DNA of 64,000 nucleotides from an uncultured Eubacteriales bacterium (lineage in GTDB: Bacteria; Acidobacteriota; Aminicenantia; Aminicenantales; Aminicenantaceae), in contig CAYPGQ010000001.1 in NCBI GenBank assembly GCA_964410125.1, positions 54,549 through 118,548 on the forward strand. The letters run 5' to 3'. Below, in pieces: positions 1 to 10,632 of the stretch; within the stretch, counting starts at the first letter, position 1, and every line of letters starts with the position of its first letter. Below the pieces are notes generated by a model. That model worked only from the letters and a program-made list of their open reading frames with translations. It did not search any database and was not told the DNA's origin. Both the position numbers and the translations under genes were made by a program.

Positions 1-48
1 AAAAAACAGGATGAGGAACGAAGATAATAGAACACATATTTTTTTCAC
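1..48 (-). CDS. 5' end of a secreted protein running off the window
   Basis: GTG at 48 with AAGGAG RBS at 55-60; reads MKKICVLLSSFLILFF, a signal-peptide pattern. Confidence 0.55.
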   Translation of the reverse strand, partial: MKKICVLLSSFLILFF

Positions 49-310
49 GATTGTCTCCTTATTTAGTGAATATGTATATCATATAACCTGAGAAAATAAC
101 ATGTGTTCGCATTTTATCCTTTTTCGATATAATATTCAAAGTTTCATTGATAGACTTTATATTTGATGGTATATATATAATGAGATTGTTTGCCGGTATT
201 TTATCGATGATGATTGGAGGTATACACGGTAATAGCCTGATTTATACAAAATCCGGTGCCGGTTTAGACCAGAATATCTAAAAGTTGACATTGGATCGAA
301 GGAGAAACAA

Positions 311-1648
311 ATGAAATTTTTTAAATCAACAGGTTTTATTTTACTGGCAGCATTTTTTTCAATCGGCAGCCTGTCTTACGGACAAGAAAAAAATCCCCTG
401 ATCAATGTCCTCACCAATGGCCATTTGATCGATGGCACAGGTAAGGCCTTGAGGAAAGATGTGACCGTTGTAATCGAAGGAAACATAATCAAAGAAATAA
501 AACAAGGGATCTATCATCAACTACCAGGAAAAAAGAATGTCAGGGTGTTCGACCTCGATGGAGGATATATCCTTCCTGGATTGTGGAACATGCATGTGCA
601 TCTGTCCGATCTTTTGCCGGATGTGCACGATATACTCGGGCACGAACCGACTTTCCCAGCATTCATTCGAGCCGGCCGTAACGCAATGGATGCACTCAAA
701 AGGGGCTTCACCGGTCTCAGAGTTGTCGGCGAACGGGACTACATCGATATAGCGTGGAGGGACGCATTCGATTCAGGTATTTTTGTGGGACCACGAATAT
801 TTGCCGCCGGGAAGGTTGTGACACCTACAGAAGGAGATCCATCGGAACCTGGTTGGCCGGTGGAAATATATGCAGATGGACCTGATGAAATACGGAAGGC
901 CGTACGGAAAAACATAGCCAGAGGTATAGATTTTGTGAAAATTTTTGCTCCTCCGCTCCAAGATGATGAGATGGCCACAATAATTGGGCTTGCCCACAGA
1001 CATGGGCTAAATGTAACTGCTCATTCAGGAGGAGAGAGCGCTCACAGGGCAGTTGTGGCAGGTGTTGACTGCATCGAACACGGAACAATGATATCCGATG
1101 AAACGATTCAACTCATGGCTGAAAAAGGCACATTTTTATGTCCAACCGTCGTATGTAATCTCAGCGAAAAATACATTCAAGAGCGCGAAGATCGGTTGGC
1201 GAAATTGGGATTCTCTGACGATAAAGATGTTGTCAAAGGAAGAGTTCTTGTCGCCCATGCCGATGAAAGACCCCCGAGAGTGGCCGCAAGACACCGGGAG
1301 ATAATCGTCAAAGCAGCCAATGCCGGAGTTAAAATTTTAAGCGGAAGCGATTCGAATCCGCTTGGAGAACTCGGCATTTTGGAAATCGAGCAACTTTATC
1401 TGTCGGGATTGACCGAAATGCAGGCCATCATCGCTGCCACTAGAAATTGTGCCGAGATGTGCGGTGTTTTGGAAAAACTTGGCACTGTTGAACAGGGTAA
1501 ATTCGCGGATTTGATTGTAGTGGAAGAAAATCCCTTGGAAAACATATCCTATCTCAGAAAATTGAAGTGGGTGTTCAAAGATGGAAAACCCGTCAATTTG
1601 ACAAAAGATGAGGGGCAGGCCAGTTTCTGGGATCTCTACTTCAAATAA
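311..1648 (+). CDS. secreted metal-dependent amidohydrolase (Xaa-Pro dipeptidase-like)
   Basis: Signal peptide; PGLWNMHVH (HxH), VKI, AHS, IEHG, SGSDS, GTVEQGKFADL motifs; RBS AAGGAG. Confidence 0.9.
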   Translation: MKFFKSTGFILLAAFFSIGSLSYGQEKNPLINVLTNGHLIDGTGKALRKDVTVVIEGNIIKEIKQGIYHQLPGKKNVRVFDLDGGYILPGLWNMHVHLSDLLPDVHDILGHEPTFPAFIRAGRNAMDALKRGFTGLRVVGERDYIDIAWRDAFDSGIFVGPRIFAAGKVVTPTEGDPSEPGWPVEIYADGPDEIRKAVRKNIARGIDFVKIFAPPLQDDEMATIIGLAHRHGLNVTAHSGGESAHRAVVAGVDCIEHGTMISDETIQLMAEKGTFLCPTVVCNLSEKYIQEREDRLAKLGFSDDKDVVKGRVLVAHADERPPRVAARHREIIVKAANAGVKILSGSDSNPLGELGILEIEQLYLSGLTEMQAIIAATRNCAEMCGVLEKLGTVEQGKFADLIVVEENPLENISYLRKLKWVFKDGKPVNLTKDEGQASFWDLYFK

Positions 1649-1700
1649 AATCACAGATGACTTAGAAAACACCCTTTTATACTTGTATAGGGAGGGATAG

Positions 1701-3980
1701 GTGAAAAAGAAGAAAATATTCACAAAAATATTAATATTTTGTGTTTTTCCAGGAATATCACTATCCGGCATACACATCGGGTCATCTCAGGAAATGCCTC
1801 CGTACAAAAATCCTGAACTCAGACTTGAAGAGAGGGTGAACGATCTTCTCTCAAGAATGACAATCGAGGAAAAGGCACATCAATTGGCTTCCTTTTTCCC
1901 GAATGCCAATGTTCGGCTGGGTATTCCCCATATGCAGGCAGGAGAAGCACTTCACGGTATTTGTTTGCCGAATGCAACGAGCTTTCCAATGGCCATAGCT
2001 CTCGCCAGCACATGGGATCCGGAAATTATCGAAGCAATGGCAAGCATTATTGCAAAAGAAGCGCGGGCACTCGGGGTGCATCATGTTTATTCACCCATGT
2101 TGGGTGTTGCCCGAGACCCACGATGGGGCAGAACAGAGGAAAGCTACGGGGAAGATCCCTGCCAAATTTCCAGGATCGGGGTTGCATTTATCAAAGGGCT
2201 GCAGGGTACAGGAGAACAGCGCTTTGATGAGAACCACATTATCGCAACGGCCAAGCATTATATTGCAGATGGGGAACCGATCGCCGGTTTGAACGGATCG
2301 GCTTTCGATGTATCAAAACGAACTCTTCATGAAATATACCTTCCCCCATTCAAGGATGCTGTGGAAGAAGCACATGTGGGCAGCATCATGCCTGCACACC
2401 ACAGCCTTAACGGAGTGCCCTGTCATTCCAACACATATATTATGAACGATATACTCAGGGATACTTATGGTTTTGACGGTTTGGTCGTTTGTGATAACAA
2501 CGATATTTTCAACCTGATGGAATTTATGCGAGTCGCAAAAACATGGACAGAAGCTGCCCGGCTTTCTTTAAAAGCGGGCATCGATACAGAATTAGCCTGG
2601 GAACGCTCGTGGGAAAAAGGACGTGCCTACGGAGCTCCGCTGGTAGAAGGAGTGAAAAACGGTACTATACCAGCCAATCTTCTCGACGGAGCTGTTAAAA
2701 ATGTCCTTAGAGCCAAGTTCAAGCTTGGTTTATTCGACGATGGTTCAGAAGTAGTTGCATGGCAGGATTTTGAGTTGTCCGGAGAAAAGGGCAAAACAGA
2801 TTACAAAGTGAAAACTTATTCCGATTCCATTCGTGGAAGGGACCTGGGAGGTGACTATTTCAACACCCTCGATCGCCTTACAAATCCCCGAGAAAATGTT
2901 GATGAGATACTGAATAATCCTTCCCACAATAAAATGGCACTTAAAGTGGCGCATAAGTCCATCATTCTATTGAAGAATGGAAACAATATGCTTCCCCTTG
3001 ATAAGGCTAAGCTAAAAAGGATCGCTGTTATCGGACCTAATGCCGATGAAGAGCTGCTTGGTGGTTATTCAACGCCAAAACCCCGATATTTTGTTTCTGT
3101 TCTCGATGGCATCAGAAACCATGTGGGCAACGAGGTAGAGGTGCTCTATGCAGAAGGAGTAAGCATAGAAGATTTTGAAAGAGAAAACATCGATGAAGCC
3201 GTTTCGATCGTACAGATATCGGATGTGGCTGTCGTCGTTATCGGAGGGAATGAAATCACTTGCAAAGAGAACGAAGATCGGGACGACCTGGGGCTGGTGG
3301 GAAAACAGCAAGAGCTGGTTGAAGCGGTCTATGCCACCGGGACACCCGTTGTTGTTTTGCTGCTGCATGGGCGGCCTCTTGCCATCGAGTGGATCAAAGA
3401 CCACATTCCTGCGATTCTTGACGGCTGGTATTTGGGACAGGAAACCGGGAACGCTGTGGCAGATGTGCTGTTCGGCAAAGTCAATCCAGGAGGCAAGCTT
3501 CCTATGACCGTTCCTAGGAATGTGGGACAGGTGCCGATTTATTACAATATCATGCCTCCGGGACGCCCAGGCCAGTATTTTCAATCCAAAGCAGAGCCGC
3601 TGTGGCCGTTCGGTCATGGATTGAGCTACACTACATTTTCCTATTCAAACCTTCAGATGCATGCCACCTCCTCCACATCAGCGAATGTCAGTTTTTATAT
3701 TCAAAACACTGGTGACTGTCCCGGAGATGAAGTGGTGCAGCTTTATGTGCATGATGAGTATTCCTCTGTGGTTCGCCCGGCAATGGAGCTAAAACGGTTT
3801 ACACGCATTACTCTGGGAGCCGGCGAAACAGGCACAGTGATTTTTAAGCTCGACAAGGATACTTTTGCTTTTTTCGATGAAAAAAGCAACGATTGGGTTG
3901 TCGAACCGGGAGATTTTACCATCATGATCGGGAGCTCTTCGACGGATATCCGGATCTCAAAAATTCTCACACTGAAATAG
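1701..3980 (+). CDS. GH3 beta-glucosidase/xylosidase (BglX-like)
   Basis: RDPRWGRTEESYGEDP, KHY, IAVIGPNAD, PFGHGLSYTTF and C-terminal Fn3-like EVVQLY..ELKRF motifs. Confidence 0.93.
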   Translation: MKKKKIFTKILIFCVFPGISLSGIHIGSSQEMPPYKNPELRLEERVNDLLSRMTIEEKAHQLASFFPNANVRLGIPHMQAGEALHGICLPNATSFPMAIALASTWDPEIIEAMASIIAKEARALGVHHVYSPMLGVARDPRWGRTEESYGEDPCQISRIGVAFIKGLQGTGEQRFDENHIIATAKHYIADGEPIAGLNGSAFDVSKRTLHEIYLPPFKDAVEEAHVGSIMPAHHSLNGVPCHSNTYIMNDILRDTYGFDGLVVCDNNDIFNLMEFMRVAKTWTEAARLSLKAGIDTELAWERSWEKGRAYGAPLVEGVKNGTIPANLLDGAVKNVLRAKFKLGLFDDGSEVVAWQDFELSGEKGKTDYKVKTYSDSIRGRDLGGDYFNTLDRLTNPRENVDEILNNPSHNKMALKVAHKSIILLKNGNNMLPLDKAKLKRIAVIGPNADEELLGGYSTPKPRYFVSVLDGIRNHVGNEVEVLYAEGVSIEDFERENIDEAVSIVQISDVAVVVIGGNEITCKENEDRDDLGLVGKQQELVEAVYATGTPVVVLLLHGRPLAIEWIKDHIPAILDGWYLGQETGNAVADVLFGKVNPGGKLPMTVPRNVGQVPIYYNIMPPGRPGQYFQSKAEPLWPFGHGLSYTTFSYSNLQMHATSSTSANVSFYIQNTGDCPGDEVVQLYVHDEYSSVVRPAMELKRFTRITLGAGETGTVIFKLDKDTFAFFDEKSNDWVVEPGDFTIMIGSSSTDIRISKILTLK

Positions 3981-4051
3981 TAGTAAAAACGTCATGAGAT
4001 CAGACATTATATGATATTAAAATTTTTTTCTTTAGAAATAGGAGAATGTTG

Positions 4052-5489
4052 ATGGAAATAGGAGATAAAAATTTCAAAAGAAAGGGCCAAAAAATAACCC
4101 GGCGTGAATTTATAGGCAGCTCAGCGGCGGCAGCCGCAGCATTCACGATTATTCCCCGTTCTGTCCTGGGGGCACCTGGAAAACCAGCCCCGAGTGAGAA
4201 GGTCAACCTAGCCTTTATCGGTACAGGAGACATGGGTATGGGGAATCTCAATAATCTCATCAGACTCCCGGATGTAGAGGTGATTGCTGTCTGTGATGTA
4301 GCACAGGTGGTTGACTACAGTAATGTTGAATTCGGAGGCAAAGCAGGCCTGAAAATTGCGCAGGAGACTGTGGAACGCAACAATGCCGAACGAAAAAAAT
4401 CGGGTGCCTCCAAAGGCTGCGCTGGTTATGCAGATTTTCGTGAGATGCTGGACAAAGAAACCGGTATCGATGCCGTCGTGGTATCCACACCCGATCATGT
4501 CCACGCAGTGGCCTGCATGGCAGCCATCAATAAAGGCAAACATGTGTACTGTGAAAAACCTCTGACTCATTCGATCTATGAAACGCGCATGGTGACCGAG
4601 GCCGCCCGAAAAGCAGGTGTTGCAACCCAAATGGGCAACCACGGCCATTCCGGGGAAGGGATTCGCTTGGCTGTGGAATGGATACGGGACGGGGCGATCG
4701 GACCGGTGCGAGAGGTTCACGGCTCGACTACTGTGGGACGGGAAGATTGGGTGCAAACCAAGGGCAGACCAAAGGAGAGACCGCCGGTGCCTGGGACACT
4801 GGATTGGAATCTCTGGATAGGGCCAGCACTTTTCCGCCCCTATCATCCTGCCTATGCCCCTTACAATTGGCGCGGCTGGTGGGATTTCGGTACGGGAGCT
4901 ATAGGCGATATGGCCTGTCATAACTTGGATCCGGCATTTTGGGCTCTCGACCTGGGCTCACCCATCAGCGTGGAAGCCAGCTGCTCCGGGCTAAACGATG
5001 AGACAGTCCCTTTTGGAGCTATGTATCATTACAAATTTCCGGCCCGGGGGGGAGATGCCCCCAGTTACTTTAAATTGGTATGATGGGGGTTTGATGCCCC
5101 CGCGACCACAGGAACTGGAAGAAGACCGTAGAATGGGCGGTGAGGGAGTTTACTTTGTGGGTGACAAGGGAGTCTTATTGATGGGCGGCTGGGCTGAATC
5201 GCCGCGTTTGATTCCCGAGTCAAAGATGAAGGCTTACAAACGTCCGCCAAAGACAATCCCTCGCGTTAAGGGACATCATCGCGACTGGATAGACGCCTGT
5301 AAGGGTGGTGATGCCGCCAGTTCTAACTTTGACTATGCAGGTCCGTTGACAGAAATGGTGCTGCTTGGCCAAGTCGCTTTACGGACGGGCAAGAAAATAC
5401 ATTGGGATGGGCCCAATCTGAAAGCCACCAAAACACCGGAGGCAGACCGATATATCAAACCGGCCTTCAGAGAGGGCTGGAATTTGTAG
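4052..5489 (+). pseudogene. Tat-exported Gfo/Idh/MocA oxidoreductase split by a +1 frameshift
   Basis: TRREFIG Tat motif, IGTGDMG, STPDHVH, YCEKP in ORF 4046-5083; protein continues in ORF 4998-5489 after the G7 run at 5046-5052 (G6 gives FPARGEMPPVTLNWYDGG). Confidence 0.8.
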
Positions 5490-5500
5490 GAGAACAGAGG

Positions 5501-6140
5501 ATGGCTAAAGTCAAAGTATTCTTTATATTTGTTTTGATTTCTGTTTTGAGCTGCGTCAGTTTTGGTTCTCAAAAGATCAAAGTACTGATTATCGATGGTG
5601 TCAATAATCACGATTGGAAGAGTACCACCATCGCCGCCAAAGCTACTCTTGAGCAGACAGGCCGATTCACCGTGGATGTATGCACTTCCCCCTCTAGAAA
5701 TGCGTGAATTTCTGATGATTCACGACCAGCCCTCGCATCCGATTCTCAAGGGGCTGCCCACCAAGTGGAAACACGCAACAGATGAACTGTACAGTGCTCT
5801 GCGCGGCCCTTATAAAAACGTCGAAGTGCTGGCTCATTCCTATTCCCTTTATACGAAGGAAAACGAGCCCACGTTGATGATCATCACCTACGGAAAAGGC
5901 AAGGTATTTCACATTCCATTAGGGCACTACAATGACGAATATCCCCCATTTGGTGAAGCGGTTCACTGTGTGGGCTATCAGACTGTCCTAGCCAGGGGAA
6001 CAGAATACGTTGCAACCGGCAAAGTTACCATAGGCATTCCAGACTCATTCCCGGGCAAAAAAAAGGCCGTCATGGTCGCTCCAGAAAAGCTGAAATGGCC
6101 GAAGTTGTCCATTCGCCTAATCACCAAGACAGGATTTTGA
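5501..6140 (+). pseudogene. ThuA-like domain protein with internal deletion and frameshift
   Basis: N-terminus (signal, KVLIIDGVNNHDW) joins out of frame at ~5700 to HPILKGLP..DELYS..YGKGKVFH; the central part of the domain is missing. Confidence 0.7.
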
Positions 6141-6221
6141 GGAGGGTGGATTCATTCGATTTCTTTACTGAGGGGAAAAAAGTTGATATCATCAAAATTA
6201 CGATAAGAGGAGGAATCATAA

Positions 6222-7547
6222 ATGAGAAAATTATTCATAACCCTTTCAATTATTTTGGTATTTTCACTTTTGTCATGCGGAACACAAAATGAAAATGTTG
6301 CTAAGAATGAGTCAGAACAGGCAGGTCAGGAAGATAGAAGAGCAAGGATGGAAAAGGAAATGGCTGAGATTAAATATGATGTACCTGATGAAATCGATAT
6401 CAATTATGAAATATTGGACAATATCGACACCTCGACATCCCCTTATGGAGTTGTTTCTCTTCCTGAAGAGCTTGGCAAAACGTTGAATGGTTTGTTCTCA
6501 AAATACACTAAGCATATGGCTCCGAATGGAAAACCCATCCACATCTTTGCTCAAGCTGGAGTGAGCGACCTTCAGGTCGCAAGGGCAAGAGAGATCCTGA
6601 AATACCATCTTACCGATGCCCCCGGTACACAATACGGTCATGACAAAGCCGCGGTTGCAAACAGAATGGCTGATGTAAGAGCCACTCTTTTATATACGGA
6701 CACAGAGATAAAATCTTTTGCCATGCGTCCTATACTGAGGGATTCAAAGCTCAGGCTTCAGGATTTGTATGCCACAGAATCTCCTGTGGAAGGAAGTTAT
6801 GAATATATCCACAATAAAGGAAAGCCAGGGGAAAGATTTACTCGTGATGCTTCGTATGAGGAGATAATGCATCTCGTTCATGACAAAGGACTTGAGGATA
6901 TATTGCCTGCCTACCATCAAGAGATCGTCGAAGCTGAAAAGGCAGCTGTCGCAGCTGATATCTATCACTATGGCCGTCTTGCACCCCATGAATACATCAT
7001 CACAGGTTTCGATATCTATTTCGGCTTATGGGACCATAATCCACAAGGTGATGGGACCTCTTTCGGAGACGAGTACCCCTTCCACACAAAACAGGAAATG
7101 AAAAAAGGAGATCCGGCTCTGTACGATCTTGTTGAAAAATTTTGGCCGAAGTATTTGACATATGACGCCTACATCGATCCTTCCTTCGAAGGGACTTTTT
7201 CCACCGTGCGCGAAAAAAACACGGAATACACTTTTAAATCCCAGTATCTTGTCAATATCATATTGACGGGAAAGAAAGACACAAACGTTCTCGGGAATGA
7301 TCAGGACAACCAATTAACCGGAAATGATGGAAACAATATTCTCACCGGAGGCAAAGGAAATGATGTCATTGCGGGAGGGAAAGGCGAAGACACTGCGGAA
7401 TATTCCGGCAATTATTCAGAATATGAGGTTACAAAAGTAGGTAATAAAACAACCGTCACTGATACTGTTCAGGATCGCGATGGAAAAGATGAACTGACGG
7501 ATATCGAAGTCCTTAAGTTTAAAGACAAAAAAGTTGAAGTGAAATAG
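6222..7547 (+). CDS. uncharacterised lipoprotein with EExxHxxH motif and C-terminal RTX-like Ca-binding repeats
   Basis: Lipobox LLSC; DASYEEIMHLVHD; GNDGNNILTGGKGNDVIAGGKGED repeats; paralog of 17810-19060. Confidence 0.8.
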   Translation: MRKLFITLSIILVFSLLSCGTQNENVAKNESEQAGQEDRRARMEKEMAEIKYDVPDEIDINYEILDNIDTSTSPYGVVSLPEELGKTLNGLFSKYTKHMAPNGKPIHIFAQAGVSDLQVARAREILKYHLTDAPGTQYGHDKAAVANRMADVRATLLYTDTEIKSFAMRPILRDSKLRLQDLYATESPVEGSYEYIHNKGKPGERFTRDASYEEIMHLVHDKGLEDILPAYHQEIVEAEKAAVAADIYHYGRLAPHEYIITGFDIYFGLWDHNPQGDGTSFGDEYPFHTKQEMKKGDPALYDLVEKFWPKYLTYDAYIDPSFEGTFSTVREKNTEYTFKSQYLVNIILTGKKDTNVLGNDQDNQLTGNDGNNILTGGKGNDVIAGGKGEDTAEYSGNYSEYEVTKVGNKTTVTDTVQDRDGKDELTDIEVLKFKDKKVEVK

Positions 7548-7580
7548 ACATATTTTTTTTGTATTAATGGAGGTTATAAA

Positions 7581-8501
7581 ATGAAAACTCGATACGTATT
7601 TTGTGCAATTCTTTGTTTGGCCCTAGTTTTGGCCTCCTGCAGCCCAGGCAAAGATGAACAAGATAAGACCGAGCCGGCAAAAACAGCGACAGAAACGACC
7701 GAAACGGTAAAAATCCATGTAGGAGGATGTATTCTAGCCTCACCGGCGGCTGAAGCGCCCGCGGATTTGTATCAGGCAACCGACGTCGTTCCGACCGAGG
7801 AATACAAACCGTTCACGAACAAGCTATCGGTCTACGGAATTACCCTGATCGGACGGGATGATATTTCCGACGATTTTATGCGAAAGGTCGCCAAAACCAT
7901 TAAAGAGATATTCCCACAAAATGAGGCCATTGAAACTGAACTGCAAAAAGAAGTTCTCAGGAACTTGTACAGATACAAAGCAGTTATCCCTCTTTTTAGG
8001 GATGAAGAGTTTGAGTTCTCTCCCGAGGATCGAGAGGCCTGGGATCTCACGACTAGCCAGAACAGCATATGCGACATTATAATGGAAGGAGTGCCCGGAC
8101 AGGTGAACGAGGTTGTCGAACATATTCTGCATTTCGTGAGCGATGTAGGACTTCACTATACATTTCCCGCTGAGTGGGGCTGCACATCGAAAACATCGAA
8201 GATATATTTTGCTATGCAGGAAGCGATCGACAAAGGGCATTACAATATCGCACAGTACAAAGAAGCGGGTATCGATGATGAAGAGCGAACAAGAGTATTG
8301 ATCCAGGAATACACTTATTGGGTCATTTTTACCGCATGGGACCTTTATGAGCCCTATGGTCCGGAAGCGGAGTGGACAGGGATCGCCAATCCTGAGGACT
8401 TAAAGAACAAGCTGCCTCTGTCTTATGAGGTTTTTGAAGAAACCATTCCGAAAATCATGGCTCCTCCCAGTCGCTCCACGCTGGAAGAATTCATTAAATA
8501 G
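7581..8501 (+). CDS. uncharacterised lipoprotein, probably distantly related to the upstream one
   Basis: Lipobox LASC; EVVEHILHFVSDVG and IQEYTY motifs; GGAGG RBS. Confidence 0.7.
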   Translation: MKTRYVFCAILCLALVLASCSPGKDEQDKTEPAKTATETTETVKIHVGGCILASPAAEAPADLYQATDVVPTEEYKPFTNKLSVYGITLIGRDDISDDFMRKVAKTIKEIFPQNEAIETELQKEVLRNLYRYKAVIPLFRDEEFEFSPEDREAWDLTTSQNSICDIIMEGVPGQVNEVVEHILHFVSDVGLHYTFPAEWGCTSKTSKIYFAMQEAIDKGHYNIAQYKEAGIDDEERTRVLIQEYTYWVIFTAWDLYEPYGPEAEWTGIANPEDLKNKLPLSYEVFEETIPKIMAPPSRSTLEEFIK

Positions 8502-8590
8502 CAGCTTCACTCGACGCCGTGGATTGCATCAACACCTCATTATTGTGTAATATAATAACGTTGGGAAACTAGCAATTTTATCCAAAGTGT

Positions 8591-9553
8591 ATGAATGTTG
8601 GGAGTGATTGTTTCATAAAAAGGATGTTTAAGATACAAAAAATTGGTCTGTATTTTCTCCTCGTTCTCTGGTTTGTGATTGCCGTCGGCTGCCGTCTGTA
8701 TCAGTTGGAAAAAAAATTGAGTCCCGGATATAAGGAATTCCTTTCTAAAGTCCGCTACATCGTAACCAAGGAGGAAAGGAAGATATTCTTGGAGCTTCCC
8801 GATTCAGAAAAAAAAGAATTCCAGGAGGAATTTTGGAGCCGGCGGGATCCTGATTCAACAACAGAAGAGAATGAATTCAAGGATGAGTATTTCCGGAGAA
8901 TCGATGAGGCCAACCGGTTATTCCATGGAGGTCGTCCTGGGTGGCTCCAAGACAGAGGAAGAATTTACATTCTTTTTGGTCCGCCCTCAGAGAGACACAC
9001 CTACTCCACAGACCCTGCACCTAGGGAAGTTTGGTACTATGGGAACTTTCCGGTGATATTCATAGATCACATGGGGACCGGAGATTACAAACTTGAAGCC
9101 CTGAATTTGATGCATCTTGCTGAACTGAACAAAGCGCAAAATGCTTTTCAAAAACTAGCCAAACCAAGGGAAGAATTCTTTGATTTTGAGGTGAAAACCC
9201 ACATTAATGAAAAGAATGAGGTCATTGTGACTTTAGAAATAAATTATAAAGATATCTGGTTTGCCGGAGTTGAGGATCGTTTGGAGACAACGATTGTATT
9301 GTCTGTGGAGGTGCTGGATGCAGAAGAGAAAATCGTTCTATCAGAAACAAAGGAGTATTCAATTTCCATCCTTGAGGATGATATAGGAAAAGAAGACAAA
9401 ATTATCATAAAGTATCCCCTGATGTTGAAGAGAGGGACTTATACATTGAATTTGGAATTAGAGAACACGTCGGGAAAGGAGAAGCGCAAAAAAATCCTGA
9501 AAATAAAGGCAAAAAGGACAGCCCGGGATTACAGATTAGAATTAATGAACTAA
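8591..9553 (+). CDS. GWxTD domain protein
   Basis: FWSRRDPD..ENEFKDEYFRRIDEAN..GWLQDRGRIYILFGPP. Confidence 0.88.
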   Translation: MNVGSDCFIKRMFKIQKIGLYFLLVLWFVIAVGCRLYQLEKKLSPGYKEFLSKVRYIVTKEERKIFLELPDSEKKEFQEEFWSRRDPDSTTEENEFKDEYFRRIDEANRLFHGGRPGWLQDRGRIYILFGPPSERHTYSTDPAPREVWYYGNFPVIFIDHMGTGDYKLEALNLMHLAELNKAQNAFQKLAKPREEFFDFEVKTHINEKNEVIVTLEINYKDIWFAGVEDRLETTIVLSVEVLDAEEKIVLSETKEYSISILEDDIGKEDKIIIKYPLMLKRGTYTLNLELENTSGKEKRKKILKIKAKRTARDYRLELMN

Positions 9554-9673
9554 AATTGTGCATATATTACAAGCTACTGGAATTATTGGAAAAGTTACAT
9601 CTCCGGAGGGTGAAGCCCTGATGTCTTTTTCCACAAAAGTTTAGCCACACATAATGGAAGAGAACCATTCAGG

Positions 9674-10558
9674 TTAACTTTTCTTGTAAAAATTGATTTT
9701 GTGAGCAATAAATGTCATTATCCAGAGCAAGTTAAAAACCAATAGCAATCCAAAAATCATAATCTTCTTTTGATAAAAAGCTGTACATAATACTATAAAA
9801 ACAATTTTGGTTTTTGCAGCATTCCATGTCCATAATCTCATTATCAACCTAAATCTTTTATAATATTGTTTTCTTTCATCCTCACTAAAATATTTAACTT
9901 CTCTTTTCTTATAGGGAAAAGTTGGCGATAAAAACCTTTCTATTGCCAGGTTATAAATATAATAGCCAAGTATGCCAATTTTTGCGATTACCCCTCTTTC
10001 TTTATATCTCAGTTCTGTATGTTTTTGGAAAAAATCACTGAAACTAGTCACAGGTTCAAATATTCCCTTTTCCATGATATTCATAAATTGCATCTTAGAA
10101 TAATCCCACCCAATGTTCTGGACAACAATCATGATAAAAACAATGACGATAACAAATAAAGTTCCCTTGCTATAATTACTCTCCCTATAAAGACTAATTG
10201 AAAGACCTATGAAAACGAATATCCCAACTAAATAATCAACTGTTCCCTCCAGTATCTTGCCAAATTCTGACTGCATATTCTTCAATCTCGCAAGAGGGCC
10301 ATCTGTACAATCTATTAAAGAAGCAATAAAAAGAAAAAGTGCGCCAAAAAAATAGTTTGAATTCCCTCCGTAATAATAAAAAACACCTGATAAAATTCCA
10401 AAAATCAACCCAACAAAAGTCAATTGGTTGGCTGAAATTGGCGTTTTTTTTAGAAATTTAGCAATAGGCCAGCCTAATGGCCTAAACATGTAAGTGTTTA
10501 CTGCTTCATCGGCTACTGCAAATAGATTGTTTTTTCCATAAATCGGGTCTTTTATCAT
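9674..10558 (-). CDS. CDP-alcohol phosphotransferase family membrane protein
   Basis: ISANQLT and DCTDGPLARLKNMQSEFGKILEGTVD signature; multiple TM segments. Confidence 0.88.
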   Translation of the reverse strand: MIKDPIYGKNNLFAVADEAVNTYMFRPLGWPIAKFLKKTPISANQLTFVGLIFGILSGVFYYYGGNSNYFFGALFLFIASLIDCTDGPLARLKNMQSEFGKILEGTVDYLVGIFVFIGLSISLYRESNYSKGTLFVIVIVFIMIVVQNIGWDYSKMQFMNIMEKGIFEPVTSFSDFFQKHTELRYKERGVIAKIGILGYYIYNLAIERFLSPTFPYKKREVKYFSEDERKQYYKRFRLIMRLWTWNAAKTKIVFIVLCTAFYQKKIMIFGLLLVFNLLWIMTFIAHKINFYKKS

Positions 10559-10632
10559 ATTTTACTCTGCACTCCAATTATTATCAAAATGAATCTATGG
10601 AGTAAAGTAAAAACTATTGGCTCTTCCCCATG

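Noticed and set aside
5705-5707. Selenocysteine read-through of TGA in the ThuA-like gene
   Set aside because: The protein continues in a different frame and no SECIS-like hairpin is evident.
6141-6154. GGAGGGTGGATTC resembling the tRNA-Ser 3' end (possible att site)
   Set aside because: Short gapped match, no integrase, and housekeeping-like genes lie in between.
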